Source: an uncultured Clostridia bacterium (GTDB lineage: Bacteria > Bacillota > Clostridia > Christensenellales > CAG-138). From it: 64,000 nucleotides of DNA. Each line of letters opens with the position of its first letter. The stretch's first letter is position 1. The notes under the pieces were generated by a model that did not search any database, was not told where the DNA came from, and was given only the letters and a program-made list of their open reading frames with translations. The DNA is taken from the NCBI GenBank assembly GCA_947306125.1, contig CAMZFO010000001.1:3153-67152 (forward strand), written 5' to 3'. Position numbers and translations under genes: made by a program. Shown piece by piece: positions 63,850 to 64,000 of the stretch.

Positions 63850-63878
63850 ATTATATAGGAAAGCACACGCTCTGTCAA
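63850..63878 (-). promoter_or_regulatory. Consensus sigma-A promoter of the lysine fermentation operon
   Basis: Minus strand: TTGACA-17 nt-TATAAT, immediately upstream of the aptamer. Confidence 0.75.
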
Positions 63879-63879
63879 G

Positions 63880-63900
63880 AAAAAAATCCCCGTTTGGGGA
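63880..63900 (-). terminator. Rho-independent terminator of an upstream minus-strand unit (beyond the window)
   Basis: Minus strand: TCCCC-AAAC-GGGGA followed by TTTTTTT, abutting the -35 box. Confidence 0.6.
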
Positions 63901-63930
63901 GCGCGCACACAAATTGTTTTCCGGTCAAGC

Positions 63931-63959
63931 TTGTCAATCAACAGCCTCGGGTGTATTAT
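63931..63959 (+). promoter_or_regulatory. Candidate sigma-A promoter firing rightwards out of the window
   Basis: TTGTCA-17 nt-TATTAT on the plus strand. Its target gene is not in the window. Confidence 0.4.
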
Positions 63960-64000
63960 TCTCTTAAAAGAGTGACGTTTGCGTTCCCGAAAACGACATT

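Overview
High-GC (about 60% by eye) Clostridia-type chromosome segment, probably Oscillospirales-like (inference). It is almost fully coding. I saw no rRNA, tRNA, CRISPR array, transposase or integrase. Many long ORFs in the track are antisense shadows of real genes, a high-GC artefact. Several real genes needed their starts trimmed. One real gene (1..1887, minus) is missing from the track because it runs off the window edge. Layout: (i) 1-23.8 kb holds six secreted proteins, five of which end in a dockerin-like module (the sixth is cut by the window edge). Their cargo includes BspA-type LRR arrays, Listeria-Bacteroides repeats, a CHAP amidase, a papain-like peptidase cassette and cohesin-like modules. 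Interleaved are a fused MacB-type ABC transporter, pncB, an ECF sigma/anti-sigma pair and a GT2. Two intergenic regions carry a near-identical, hairpin-rich repeat of about 150-200 bp. (ii) 23.8-49.4 kb holds spoIIP, pepP-efp, a DUF3795-nitrilase fusion, two MATE pumps, a purine operon (purE-purM-purN-IMP cyclohydrolase-purH-purD-purL-folD), YgjP/GNAT genes, a DUF853 (HerA-like)-NERD gene pair and htpG. (iii) 49.5-64 kb holds a low-GC two-gene island (a DNRLRE/beta-trefoil secreted protein plus a small membrane protein), a Y-family polymerase fused to a YolD-like tail and a second ECF pair. It also holds a lysine fermentation operon (kal-kce-kdd-lipoprotein-kamA-kamD-kamE). That operon is preceded by a lysine (L-box) riboswitch whose terminator arrangement suggests a lysine-ON switch. 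All calls come from reading the sequence and from remembered family signatures. No searches were run.
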